Positions 26,701 through 41,700 of a stretch of 64,000 nt of DNA are shown in pieces; the stretch's first letter is position 1, and every line of letters begins with the position of its first letter. Origin of the DNA: Iphione sp. A-MEVVRFRX5. Taxonomy: Eukaryota. The notes below the pieces were generated by a model, which saw only the letters and a list, made by a program, of their open reading frames with translations, was not told where the DNA came from and searched no databases. The position numbers and the translations under genes are program-made. The stretch covers positions 77,996,001-78,060,000 of the forward strand of contig OZ320317.1 of NCBI GenBank assembly GCA_976226885.1, written 5' to 3'.

Positions 26701-29700
26701 GGCTCTTCAGACAAAGACAAGCCACTTGGAGCAGTGGTGAAGAGAATATCAAGAATGAACAATGGTTGGTTCAAAGTCCATCAGAAAAAAGGTCCTATCC
26801 CTTCAGAAAGCTCATTTACAGAGAGGACATGCATATCTGAAGAAGTGGATCTGACAAAAGTGAAGAAGCCCTCAGATTTCTATGGTCTCTTCGGGAACAG
26901 TGATTTCATCTCGAAGATTGTCACCAACGTGAACAAACGGGCAGAAGTTGAGAGAGAGAAGACATATGCAGGACACAGGGCCAGGTGGATACCATTCACT
27001 CTATGAGATATTGTCAACTTCATAGGATTATCTATCATCATGGGCATCATAGTGAAGTCCACCCTGCAGATGTACTGGACAAAGTTGGAATACCTGACTA
27101 TGCCAGTTTTCTCTCAGTTCATGTCGATATCCCATCATTACCTGACAATACATAGTACACTGTTGATGATACCATAATTCAATATTCAATGTGAAATTCT
27201 GACAATTTGGTGTTTTCCATGATAATTATTGACTTATTTCTAATTGCAGCTACCTGAACGTATGTGAGGATACCAAGGGGGCCAACCAGGCAGACCAAGC
27301 ACCACATCCATCAGAGAAAGTCAAGTGGCTATTTGACTATTTCAACCATATGGCAAGGAAGCTCTACACTCCACGACAGCAGGTATCAGTTGATGAAACA
27401 GTAATAAAGCACAAAGGATGACTACGATTCAAACAATATTTGTCCAATAAGCCCAATAAGTGGGGAATAAAATGCTGGGTGCTAGCAGAAAGCTCAACAG
27501 GTTATGTGTGTCGATCAGATCCCTATTTTGGAGAGAAGATAGGGGTGAGCTGTCACTCTCAGAGCATGTTGTCTTCAATTTACTCAAAAAGGCAAAAATT
27601 CTTGGTAAACACTACAATGTATACATGGACAACTTTTTCAGTAGTGTACCGCTGTTTAGAAAACTATTGCAATATGCTACCTATTGCTGTGGAACATTGA
27701 GGCTGAACTGTTCTTGGCTTCCCAAGAATCTGATGAAGAAAAAAATGAAATTCTTGAAGGATACAGGTTCTATGTGTTTTGCCAAAAAAGATGATCAATT
27801 GCTGTCAATTTGGAAAGATAAACGCTTGATTCATGTACTGTCTACAATTCATGGTGCCTTCACCTCAACAGTTAGAAGAACTGTCAGAGATTCTCAATCG
27901 GACAAATGTATGAAAAGGGAGGTGGTCTGCCCTGTTGCAATTTCAGATTATTGTTCATTTATGGGTGGTGTAGACAGGCCAGACCAGTTGTATCAGCATT
28001 ACAATTTCTGCCGCAGGTCTAGCAAATGGCCAGTGAATATGCTATGGTACTGCCTAGAGGTGATGAAAATAAATGCAATGATTATGTACAATGAAACTGT
28101 TGCCAAAAAAATGAGTCTATTGGATTTCACTGTAGAAATCATTCACAGTCTTCTCACTACCCCTGAATCAGTCAGTCAGTCTATCGTAGCAGGTGAAGAA
28201 AAGAGGCTCAAAGTAGGTGTTTTCCCTCAGATCTGGGAAATAAGAGTTTTTGTAGAGTCTGCTACAAACGATTTGTCAATGGAGTCCAAGCAAGCAAAAG
28301 CCAAACTAAATATGGCTGCAATGATTGTGGTGTTCATCTTTGCATGCCTCATTGCTTCACTGTATACCACACTGTCAAAGACTATGCAAAGCATTATGTT
28401 GAGGAATGAAGAGTGAAGTGAAGCAACACCTACCGGATTATGAAAAAAAAGAAAATTGAAATAAATGTGCATGACTTACCTTGATCATGACTTCTTGTAT
28501 ATTGTTTAATCCAATTAATGAAATATCCTTATTTGTTTCATAATCCATATTGTATTTCCTCGTCATTACATCCAAACGTATATATCCTCATGTGAGTTTA
28601 CATCCAGTATATGATGTAACATGTAAATGATCCATAATGAATGTAAATCCAAATGACACTCCACAAAAATCCATATTTATCATCTAAAAGTTATTTAAAA
28701 GAAGACTCCCTAACCATTTTCCCCTAGGCAATTGAATAAAAATAATTTAGAAGGCTTAGATGTCCCCGAGTTGGCCGCGCGTATAATCCGTTATGACGCT
28801 CCGCTATGCCCCCGCCACCTAAAGAGAAGTGTCAAAATTAACCCGCTGCATGAGTGCATGACGTACCATCAGGTGCCGCATGGATAGGGTTAAGGGGGAT
28901 AAACTCGCGGACATAAGTATGATTTAGATGATGAGTCACTCCGTTAAAACTTGATAGGTATGCCACATTGTGAGAGTTACTTGGTTGTGACTTACGTGTA
29001 CTGGGGATTGCCTTGTTCTCACCGGACAGTCTGGTTGTTGGCGCAGTGGTTTACAAGTGATTATTCTCGGTATACCTGTAGATTTCACCTTCATTTGGTG
29101 TGAGGGAGCCTTTTTGCAGTGGAGATCAGTGGGTGGATTCCCCTCTAAAGTTTTAAGCATCGAGGGCATGATCGAGTTTTGCTTAAAGCATGCTGCACTA
29201 TTCGTTTCAGAGTCACTATTGGAGTAGCTCGATACCTTGTGTTCACAGCATATATTGTCATCACAACTGAGTTCAGAGTCACTGGGCAGTAAGCGTGTCT
29301 TGATGCGATGGTGTGCAGTTTTCACTTTGGTCTGGTTGTCGTCAGATCTAGTGTGTGCTGTTCTGTTCTTGTCTAACTGCACTAACGGATGCACGTCTTG
29401 GATTTGTGCATTTTGCCTGGTCCGGTGTTTGCTGTGCCTTCTCCTCCATGCTCGTCTTTCTGGTTGAAGTCTTGGGAGTGTATGGCATGTGTGATGGTGG
29501 TGTTGTGGTTGATTGTTGTGGCTCCTCTTCGGCATGGGCGGCAGTCGCCTCTGTAAATGGGAAGCATGTTAGCTATCTGAAATATCACATTGTTGGGTGT
29601 TATCACGTGTTTGTTGGTTTATTGCTTGTAGGTTTAGGTTTATATTTTGGCGACAAGCTGAATTTTTTACTGCAAAGGCAAAACCATGGTAGGATGTTTG

Positions 29701-32700
29701 GTGGCAAGGAAAGTTGTACCTTTGGAGAAAGTCCTCCCACAAGAACACGATAGCTTCAAGCTGCTTTACATACCTATTTACTGCATACCTACAGTACCCT
29801 CTCAAGGGATCTCTTTCTGCTTCCACCTTATGCTCGTCCCTGTAGGTCCTTCATATTTCCTAGAAGCCCTGAGCTGCTGTTTTGTCCGTTTTACTGGAAA
29901 AATGAAGGATATACATGTACAAATAAATACATTATCGTCATAGTAAATTAAAGTTTTTTTGTTTTTGTATTTGTCTTTATTGTCGCATCTCATTGTACAA
30001 TGAGGTATTAATTAGACATTTACATGAAAAATGTAAAATATTACAAGTTGGATACTTCTAAGATATACAAGGCAAACAGTTACAAACGTATTGACTTTAA
30101 GATACACTGAGCACTGATCCTCTGATGTCTTTTGATAGAGCTTGGTAGCCTATTCCAGCCACTGATTCCTTGATAATAAAAACTGTTTCTTATTAACGTC
30201 GTTCTGGGCCTGTTTAGCTTCAGCTGTCTTGACATCCCCAGTCTTGTCCTTCATTGTCTCTTTGCTTCCATCAATCCCAGCATCTGCAATCGGTGAACCA
30301 ATATGATACTTCTTATTAGTGAATGTTCTTTAAGGGGTAGTAGTGCTAATTTTTCCCTTAACCTCTTTGCAGATATTTCCCTCCTTGTGTTTCTGTCCAA
30401 TACTAGGCGTTTCAATGCATTGTTATATTCAATTTGGACTAGCTGGTGTGTTTTCTTTGAAGAACCTATTATAAAGGCTAGACCATAGAGGAATATAGGT
30501 TCAATAAAGCTCCTAAAGATACGTACCCTTGTGTTAAATTAAAGATTATAGACTAATTTTGCCATCATCATGCTCCTCCCCCTAGCCACTTTTCTAATTT
30601 CCTAGACGTGTCCAACCCAACTTAACTTAGTGTCTAGCTTGTAGCCCAGCAATTTGGGACTACAATCTAGCTTTAACTTGTTGTCATTTAAGTATAAGTC
30701 CAGATCAATTTTACCTCCCCTCCCTATGCCCATATACACTGTTTTCTCCTCATTTATCTTTAACCCGTTCACTTTTGCCCAGGCCGAAACATCCAGTAAG
30801 CTTTCGTCATGCCTGTGTAGACAATTTGAAAGGAAACATTTCTAACAGCAGCCTATATAATCCTATAGGAAATTATCATCATTTGGATATAATTTTTATG
30901 GACACTAACAAGATAATCCATTCACAGACCCGCCCTGATTTCACCAGCGATGATAAAATATCTGTTTTTCAAAGAAGCGGGGAGTTCCTTATTAAACCGC
31001 TATGGGGACTGACTTAAAATTGTCCACCTTACGAAAAATAGCTGAAAGAATGGTAACAAAATATGTATAGACTGTATGCATATGTAACAATATGGACCCC
31101 GTGTCTTCTCTATTATGACTGCGGCTGGTACATCCACTATGCAAAAACATTTTCTCTTTGAGAACATTACTGTATGTATCCTCCATGAAATATATCCCTT
31201 ACATTTGATAATTGAATTAAATTTTTAAAACCTTTAGTCTCTTTTTCAAACTTCGTGGCTCTCGTTTCATCATGTTCACAGTGTTTCTTACCTGGTATGC
31301 TTTCCACATGACTCAAACAGCTTAGTATCCACTTCCTCGCCTTTTCTTGTAGATACTGCTCGAAAGCAATGTCAGTTTTCGTTTCTTGGGACTGCATAAC
31401 TTGGATGATGTGCTGTTCGAGTTGTCAAAACCCAACTTTGACTCTCTCGGAATTCAACCTTTTTCCAATACATCTTATTAGAGGTACAGGGTTTCTGTCT
31501 CTCACATTCAGCATAGTTATTTGTGAAATCAGCGAGGCACATCACGAAAGTTCAAAGTTCCAAGTATATATATATATATCCATGGTCATGTGAAGATTCT
31601 TTGACATGTCACACTAGACGTGGAACGGCAAAAGCATTGGAGGTCATCTCAAAAAATCATTTTTTTCTAAATGACCATTCGCCTGTCTCGTTGTCCAACA
31701 TCAAAAAAAATAGCTAATGGCGGTTCTTCCTTCTTAATTCCGCAATTGTTCACAGTCTTTAAAATCACTGCCCTGTTCAGGGGTATAGCTACAGATATCG
31801 GCTGCCACTTCAATTAGAGTGTACATATACTTGTTACATTGGAAAAGAAAGAAGTCTCCGCTGTGCTTTTGACACAGTCAACCCACTTAACATGGTTCTT
31901 AAGGATGCATCTACTTGTGCTGAGATTGCATGGTCACACCAAACGATGCTCATTTAACGTGTATACCACACATGGTAAGTTATCAATATTTTTTACCTGT
32001 CCCTTTGGTGTAGACTACCACACGAGAAATGTTCTTTACTTCGCCAAGGTCAACGACGATCCAAGGATCTTGCTCGTTTTTGGTTTCAAAACAAGTGGAT
32101 TTGGAGGTATCTGTAACCACCTCAGGACCCCTGCTGCCCTTCTGAGAGCTGGCGACGACTGGCTGAGATCTGGTGTACATGGTCATTGCTGTAGGGTAGG
32201 GTATATTAGCTAGATAAAACACAGCTAATGTAGACAAATTATACCAAAAACATGCATTGCTACCCGACTGCAAAGGAGAAATTACTTCAGAACTGCTGAA
32301 AAGCTGGTTTGGGCCAGTGATGTTGAGAAGAGTTCTACCATATGTATATAGTTTATTATTTAAAAACTTATAGAAGTAGTTCAAGACCATCACTATCCTG
32401 TTACACCTAATACACTGACCTGTACCTTGTAAACTTCTGAACCAAACTTTGGTAGATACAGGCAAGTACAAGACACGACCTTTACTGCCTCTCCACCACT
32501 GAAATGCTTAATTGGACTATTGTGATCAAATCTTATGACAACAAGTCGACTTAAGTATGCGTCTTGCAGGTTCTACCAGTGATCAATGTCCCAATACTCA
32601 CGTGATTCACAAAACGGTCCTGCAAAGGTACCTCGACATTCACATTTATAATAGGTGGGCGGTGTTTGCGCCATACAGGTGCCACCATTCTGACAGGGGT

Positions 32701-35700
32701 CACTGGCGCAAGGATCTGCATAAAAAATATCCCATCGTGTGATATTACGGCCTGAAACTTGTTGATATATCCCTATCGATATGCATAATAAATTACTTAA
32801 GTAGACATTTATGTTACGCGTTGTCTAATAATTCGTTGTAAGAACTGGTGTTAAATTTCAAATATAGTACGATACAAAGTAATAAAACTGAGTAATGAGA
32901 CTACATTTTCTCATAAAAGGGTATATAGGTGCACCTATTTGGATCTACACAAAAGCACCATTACATACAGTGAAAACTCTATTTCCGACCAGTGGTAGGG
33001 TCCGACCAAAAATGGTCGGAATAGCAAGTTTGATTGGAAATAGATTATTGTTAATTGATTATTGTATATAGATGTACCCGTTTGGGAGTTATTTCAACCG
33101 GGAATCAAGGATGAACACGTAGAACACTGCATCTGCTTACTTTGTTCACAGAAGTTTCCGTACGTGCCGTTATTGCACAAGCAGTTAAACGTTCCAGAGT
33201 AGTGGTTATACCGGCATGAAGCGCCATTTTGACAGGCATTGCTAAGGCAGGGGTTATCTGAAAGTAACAATACTCTGAGTTTAAATCATGCAGAACAAAA
33301 TATTAAGGTCACTTGTTTGCACATAAGCAAGGGTTCATCAAAAGTCATGCATTATATTTTTTATGTAAAGTGGCTAGCGTTGTAGTATCATAACAGGGTA
33401 AAACAATATATTCAAAATTTGTTTTTGTAAAATATATATCTACTCTGACCATACATTAGTCTATCAAATGAATGGTATTCAGTGTAAATAGGATTGCAGT
33501 CACCAGCCAAGAAAGAAAGTTGGATACCAATGATTCTGTTTAGATACAAGGTGTAGTCGAACAAAGGAAATTAAAATGAGTGAATATGGTGCACTGTTTC
33601 CTGTATGATACGTTTCTAGGTAAACTAATGAAATGTAGGTTGACTATTATTAATCTAGTTATGTAAGTGATGTCATTTTAAGGTATGAGTTGTGTGTAAC
33701 CCAGATATAATTTGTATTGTTGGTATCTGAATACAGGCCCTATTGGGTTGGGAGGTAAAGACCTTAGTCTTCCCAGAGTGGTCCCTTGGTATGACCCTTG
33801 GGGGGGTAAAAACGTCCCTTAGGGCAAGCTCTTACCCTCAAATCGAGGCCCAGGTGCGTGGATCATCACCTAAGGTAGTAACTCAAGCATTTTTTTGTGC
33901 CCCTAGATTCACGTTCTTGAGTGATCATAAGTCAGCAGGCATGTCCTCCAAGCTATGTTAGGACTTATCCTGCCTCCATTTTATTCACCTGCTTTGTTCA
34001 GACTTTGCTGTATCCTCCAGGTATATTCTTAGCCTCCACCTATAGTAGGCTTGTTGGCCCTGGATACCCCAGAGCTCGCCACTGGTCCAGCCTGTGTCCT
34101 ATGCTCCAGATGTCAGTATGCTGTGAGTACATTTTTGGTTCCTGGGCCTGAATTGGCACAGTGGCCCTCGGTTGCCATCAAGTTGGGTGTGGGTCCCAGT
34201 TGGTAACCTGCTCCCAAAGTGGATGTTGGTATCTTCTCTGTAAAATGTTATGTGTGTAGCCTTGGTCTTGCCTGAGGTACGTCTGCCAGTCCTCTTGTTG
34301 GTCAGAATTCATAAGAAAGACATTTGGCTCTCAAAGCAAAAGAATTTAGTTGTGAGGGGATTTAAATCAATCTCAGGAGAATAAGTTATATTTAATGATA
34401 CAATATTGCATAACAGATCCATGATCAATTGTATTGATAACTCGAAGGTTATAATTTCTCCTATAATTGCTGTCTACTGTTACAATAAAAGCCCAAAGTT
34501 ATGGGTATCTATAAGACCACTAATCAAAGCCTAAAAGCGATAAAAGCTAGTGGTATCTGTATGTAAATATGTTTGTTTAGAATGTGCACAAAGACAGTTT
34601 GGGCTGTTGAAACTAAATGAAAATGACATTTGATTTTCAACAGGTTTTCGTCACTTCAGTCAAACAAGTTTCAAATGTTCATGGGAACCAGGCCAATGGT
34701 ACTGACCAGACTCTAAATTGCCGAGGGCTGACAATAGCAAGAGGGGACCCGGCTACCCAGAGTTTCCTCACACCGTGTTCGTGTATACTAAGCCTCCTAA
34801 AATAACCTGTAACCTTGAAAGGAGAGCTGGACATGATGGAAAGTGCCCAGACGTAGTTACTTCTGGCACTGAGCGTCTGTCCTTGATCCTTGGTCCTGAA
34901 AAGCGTTGTTTTGATTCTTCATACCTCCCAGAGCAGCATTCGGGACAGGACCCCAAGAAAACAACACAACAGTGTTCCAGAAGTGAGTGGCGTGTTTCAC
35001 ACTATTTCCAGTACACAAGGCTGGTTCAGTACAGGAACGGTCTGTTTAAAAATAGAAGATCATTGATTGATCTTTTACATTTTCCCCTTTGTTCTGCATT
35101 TGATAAAGAAACTTATTTTTCCACACTTTATTTTTTCAGTTCTTTTCCATCTGGTGGGAGAAACCTGCCAACATTGGTCCTAAAACATTATCTATATCGT
35201 TGTCAGTTTTACACAAACAGTGATACAGTGGGGAATCATGTAATAATACTGTTACATGTCTCTGGTCTTGGATGAGTGAAGGCTTCATGAAATAAAAACT
35301 GTCCATACAAGATATGCATTTGGTGTCACTCTCTTCAAGTGCAGTGAAAGTCTGCCTTTATTCTGAGAACCAACTGGCTTTATATACAAAGTCTGTACAT
35401 TTTTCGTCACTGGAGTCGGAAGAAGCTTATTATCCAACTCAAGCGAAAAACCACTACACTCTCCCCTGCCCAGAGGCAAAACTGGGGTTTTCGCAATATA
35501 ATTTCCTCTTACTCGGCTTGGAGATAATCTAGCTTAAGAAATTAATTTTTTGGACATGACCCCTTTTCCCAGAGGTCTTTCAATTCCAAGATATGGTTCA
35601 AAAAGGGCTGCTTTTTTACAGCTACCTCTCAGAAGTAATAATATCTTTTAGTTTTTTTCAATAACACAGGCCGGGATGAAGAGAGTTGGAAGGGCAACAT

Positions 35701-38700
35701 AACATTCATCAAGTTTGAAAACCTCTGTAACAAGGTGGAGATCGTCTGTTAGGGTTACTTGCACTTAATATGCAAATTTATGTAAAACATCTATGGCGCA
35801 AAAATAGACAATACCAGTTTGTTCGTTGGCTTCATTCACCCTACTATCTCATGAGCAGATGTATAATGGGTTGCGAGTTTGGTCATACAGCAGCCAGAGA
35901 GGTCCCCTCTTGTTTTTTGATGGTTTCTTCAGTGAGGGCTACCAACACATCGAGTTCTGCCATGGACGGAGACTGGAACCACAGCTGTTCCTACAGGGCA
36001 CGGATACACGACACCTTTACATTGTGTCGCTCCAGCTCCATGTCGTCGGCCCTGACGGCCCAATTTTTGGGTTAGCCCAGTTGCATATCCCCGGGCAAAA
36101 GCAGATGAGGCCTGTCTCTGAGGTTCTCCAACACATGGCCACTTGTCATAGTGCTGATGGCCATGGCCTCCATCATTGCCAGGCTCAAGGAGGCAGTATC
36201 ATGCTGCTGAGCTGGCCACTGCTCCCATGCAGCCAGCGGCCACTCTACCAAGAGGGGGATACAAATGGGAGGAGCTGGAGTTGTTCGCATCACTGCGGCG
36301 AAAGGACGAACGGTTCCTTTGGGGATAGAGTCCAGCCACTGTAGGGCAAATCGAGCTGCCTCATCCTTGCCTTGATCGGCAGCCAGGGCTGCCTGGCCTG
36401 GCTAGACTCCAGTAGTCTTAGCCCCAGGCAGCTCCTGCAGCTCATCATCGTCGCTGGGATTGTGGTGCTTGATTCCGCTGAGGTGTGATGCTCATCATAG
36501 AGGGCCTAAGCACGCCTCTCCAGCAACGGGGTCTCGAATCGGCTGACGCTGACACCTGAGGGGTCAAACCAGCTTCTCCCTTCTCCTCATCGCTGTTAAG
36601 TTAGGCTTGCTTGGTGGCTGCCTCAGCAGCCATGCTGGCAGGATAACCAGATGTCCTGGTGGGATCACTAGATAAGCTGGCAGGATGATCAGATACACTG
36701 GCAGGCATACCAGATGTTGGGGCAGGGATACCAGATGTACCTGGTTCGGGGTTGGCCTCCTCTGACTCGTCTTCCTCTGCCAAGGCAATGGTCGGTGAAG
36801 ACTGGGACTCCTCCGAGTCAACAGGGACCCACTTGCCTCTCTTCTTGACACAACAGGACTGGCTCTCCTGACTGATTCCTCCTAGTGTTCATCAGGTTCG
36901 TTGCTTCAACGATGGCTGCCAGCAATGCAGGAAATTCGGGGAGTTGCTAATGGGCAGCATCCACAGCAAAAATGTGGTGCATGTTCATCTCACACAGATG
37001 CCTGAAAACGTTTCACATGAGCCTCCCAACTCATATAATCAGCAAGGTATGTTTTTCCCGTGCACCAAGAGCTGGCCATATGACTGCAAATTCCTCCGAT
37101 ATTCATCCCATGCTCGGTTACAAGATGACATTTCAAATAATATTTGTTGGCAAAATCAGAAGAGCAGAAAGAGTACCGAGGCCTCCTCTCCGTACAGTGG
37201 CAACGGGTACAGACGACAGACGCTGTCTTCTGAGATGTTCTGGTCCAAGGCATGGTAGGTTAGTGTCACTTCCATAGCAAGCTGTCCAAAACCTGCCCCC
37301 ATTCTGTCTCGTAGGTTAGTACCACCCCATTTCACACCCTTTTCCTCATGCCCGAATCCCATTATTAATGAGAATTTTCATTTCAGGCTCAGTTTCATAT
37401 ATAAAGCCCATTTTCTGAATCCTTCAGTACATTTTCAACTTTCTCGCTGACCCGTTGTCATGCTGCCTTGATTAAAGAAGTTACCTAGTCACTATTTTCC
37501 ACCTCACATTGATGTTAGTGGAATTTTCCACTTCACCTCAACATTGAGCTACAGTTCGTAACTACTAGGTAAAGTTTGAAATTTCATAAAATATCTTTTA
37601 ATTTTCTCTTTGCTTTATTTCTTTTCCACAGGGCATCTCATCTCCCATGGTACTGCTTCCTTGGCACCTTTTGTGATGCTGGGGGTAGTTGTTTGCTACT
37701 TAGGCGTTACAATTGAGGTCTACCGACTCCTTCACGAGAACACTGAGCTGGCCCTGGTGGATACAGGTGTCAGTGTACGGGTCAAGATCATGGCTATGTC
37801 TGCTCAGAACCAGCCCAAGTGCACACCCCTGCCAACCCTGATGACTTATCCCAGGTACCACGAGTGTTTCGTCCTGGCATCTTTCACTGGGGAGCCATCT
37901 CTATGTACTGTAAGGCAGAATTACATTCCTCACCCAGAAACAGTGACAGGGCTTGGATCTGACTTCCAGGTCATGATCCATATATGTTTGATTCCTCCAA
38001 TCCATGGCCCACCCAACACTCCACATTCCTTGTTCTTGCACAGCAGCTTTCAAAAGTTGATTTACAGTTTGAAAGTTTCTTTTTATGAAACCATCACTCT
38101 GCGAATGGAGAGGGATAGTCCGGGTCTTTAAAATTTCAAAAGTTTCACATAATTCTTGATATAATTGACTCTCAAACTTCCAGTCCTGATCAGTGTGTAG
38201 TTCTCTAAAGGCCCTATAAAATGGCAAATGACTTCCTTAATTGTTATATCCACTATGGCCTCAGCTCATTGATCAGGTATGCAAAATTCTTCAAGCCATT
38301 TAGTAAAATAGTCACTGAACATAAAAATATATTTTTTACCCTTTGAAGTTTCCGGGAATGGTCCAGCAACATCTACAGCCCAACACTCCATTGGTTCACC
38401 CATGAGATATGGATGTAGCAGCTCGGTAGGACTCACTTTCATCAGCAACTGAGAACATAAGCACCTGGAGATATACTGCCGTACATCCTCAAACATTCTT
38501 GGCCAGTAGTAAGATATTCCTAGCAATGGTTAGGGCTATTCCAAAATTAGCACCAGAAGGTCCAGAATGAACTTCATTGAACATTTGATTGATCCTCAGC
38601 TGGCAGAATTTCCTGTAGATTTGTACTTTCCTCTTCAAAGTCATACCAGTCCCAAAACAGAATCCCATTTTCTACTTGTAACTGGTTCCATGGCTTGCAC

Positions 38701-41700
38701 GGGGTCTTATAATCCTCAGGGAGATGTCTAACCTGTGCCCAAGTTGGTTTCTCTTCCTGCTTTTCATATAGCTGCAGTATAGGCCCTATAGACTCTATCT
38801 TGTAGCTGTTTACTACATTTCTCCTTAAATAGCGTTAGAGGATTACCAGCAGTATCGAGCTGTGACCTCGTCACAACTCGCACAGTCATGTGTTCGTCAT
38901 GTTTACCTCCACATTGCTTACAAGTATTGTCCTCCTGCCTGAGGAAATCCCAGCACCCTTTTCAAGCTGTTAAATGCTGCCTCTTGCCCTCCAGTCCATT
39001 CAAACAGCCGACTTTTGTTGATCAGCTTCCTGAGTGGGACTGACATTGTAGCAAAATCAGGTGCATAGGTCCTGTAATAAAAACACATTCCCAAGAATGT
39101 CCTGATTCCTGTTAAATCAGCTGGTGGTGGCCATTCTTCAATAACTTGGATTTTCTGTGAGTCAGTGGATATCCCTTCCTCCCTCACGATATGCCCCAGG
39201 AAATTCATGTGCTTCAAGAAGAAGTCACATTTCTTAGGTTTCAATTTCAACCCAGCATCCTTCAGGCACTGTATCACTCTCCTAAGTCTAGCTATGGTTT
39301 CTTTAAACGTCTTCCTGAAAATGCGAATATCATCTAAATACACCAAGCATCCTTCCAGGTCAAACCATGCAAAACCACATCCATTACTCTGTCAAATGTG
39401 GCTGGTGCATTCACCAGTCCAAACAGCATCACCATGAATTTAAACAGTCCCAATGGGGTCACAAAGGTGTTTTTTTGAAATTTCCTTAGGTTCCATCTCC
39501 ACCTGCAAAATATCCACTGGCAAATTCCAACAAACAGAAATATTGAGCCCAAAGCACAGCGTTGAGTGAGTCATCTATATTATGCAATGGATAGGCATCC
39601 TTCCAAGTTACCTCATTCAGCCTATGGTAATCAACACAAAACCAAGTTGTTCCATCCTTCTTACTCACCATCACTACAAGGCTGGCCCATGGGCTAACGG
39701 TTTCCCTTATTACCCCAGCCTATAACATCTCCTGCACAAGCTTTTGTTCTTCCTGTCATTTTCTTAATGGCAGGCACCTCACCCATTGCATAATAGGTGG
39801 ATGTCCTTCCACATCAATTGGATGTTTTATGATCCCAGTCTTTCCTATGTCAGTTCCACCAGTGGAAAAGGTGTCCTTAAAGTCTAATCATATTTGTCTG
39901 AGTAAAGCCCACTGATCCTCCAACAGGTCTTTCTGGGAATGTTGATACAGGTCCTGCAGGTGTAATCCTTACTTACTTTAACTTCACCTACTCTATTGTC
40001 AATTTTCAACATGATTTTATGGACATTTTGTTCCAACTCCACCTCCTTTCATGAATAATTGATAACAGCCCCTTTATCCAACAGGAAATCATTTTCCAAA
40101 ATTGAATCTTCTTCCACATCAGTGAAGATGACTGGGGCCTCATAAGTTTGTCCATTAGCCTTGAATTTTACCATCCCTTGCCCTAGAGTTGGAATTACCC
40201 GACCTGTAATACTCATCAGTGGAAGCCGTGTTCTTTGGACTTGAGCTAGAGGAACTTCTTCTTTAGCCAATGAAACCTCAGCTCTTTCGATTATCAATCT
40301 TTGCCAGTAAATACAATCCAGTTCCTGCTACTGTGCCTATGCATCTGTCTGGCCTGGTGGCTACTTAGTGTTTTCCAATTTGTTAACCTCTTTCTTTTCT
40401 CTCCGACTTCAACTTAGGGCAGTCTTTCTTAAAATGTTCCTCAGAATCACAGTACCAACAATCGAATTTCCCGTCTGCATTTCTGCCCTTTACCACTTTT
40501 TCCTCGGCTTGATTAGCCAATTTCTTTTCATTACCCTTGTGATTCTTACCCTGCTTCACCACTTTTTGAACTGCCAATTTCTCCTCATATTCCTACTTTA
40601 AGATCTTAACATGATCAGCAAAAGCAGCTTCTGTCTGAGTGGCTCGAATCTTCTTTGGACTGGCATATCTTTCTTCCTTTTCTATGATCCGAACTCCCTG
40701 TTCAAGTGTATTAACATCACTGAATATACATTTGAGTTCCAATTTGTCTCCGAGGGCTTGCTGCAAGAAAGCTACTGAGAAAGAATTTCATGTCTCTCTA
40801 TCCATATCAGGGTAAATCCCATGCATACATTTGTGCACCTTGTCTGCCAACTCCTTAGGACTCTGGTTCCTTCCTCTCCTCAGCACGGTGAGTTCCTGAA
40901 CAGCTCGGACTTTCTCCCATCCCCTCCCAAACCTGTCCAGAAGGGTCAGCATGCACTGCTGGTTTGTAGAGGTCTCCACAGAGATCAAATCACTGGGAAA
41001 GATTGTACTGCCCCTGTCAAAGACAATATCAACATGCTTTTCTTCATCTCTTTGTCCCAGTTGCTCACCCATGCCCATTCCTCAAACTGTGAATGCCAAC
41101 CTTCCAAAGGCCACTTTTCCATTGTACGGTTCCAGCTTGATCAGCCCAAAACAAGAGGACGGATTCAGTTCTTCCAGGGCAGATTTTCTCAGTAATCTGA
41201 AATGTCTCCTCTAAGGCCACGAAGGCTTGCTTGGTTTGAGTGCCCACTTCCCTTGTTTACGTTGGATGCACATGAACTCACCAAATTCCTGAATCATCTC
41301 ATCCCAGGCTGAGCTTGGTTGTTCTTTCTTGACCTACCAACTGGGACTTGCCATCGGGGCTGTCTCACTCAGATGAGCAGGGTCTGAGGTAAATGTGGAT
41401 TGATGGGCAGCATCTGCTGTCCTCCAACTCCTCTCAGATTCTCTTGTGGGCACCTGCCTTCATCTATGTGGAATGTTCCCTCTCTGACTCCTCCTGGATT
41501 CACTCAAGGGTGTTGTGGCACTACCGGAGGTCAGTATCCCACTGGGTCCATCCCTGCAGGGCCAGGGGTGATTGGCTGAAAAGGAGTTCTACAGGGATAA
41601 ACCCATACTGGTCTTGCAGGTGGAGGGTAATTTTCATCCTCTTCCGTGTCCTCAGAAGGAGGTGGGGTAGGAGCAAGATGCTCTCCAAGCCCTTGTACAG

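Noticed and set aside
34718-35275. 185-aa plus-strand ORF and a minus-strand CPECCSG segment
   Set aside because: No recognisable domain and no phase-compatible splice sites; lies between TE remnants.
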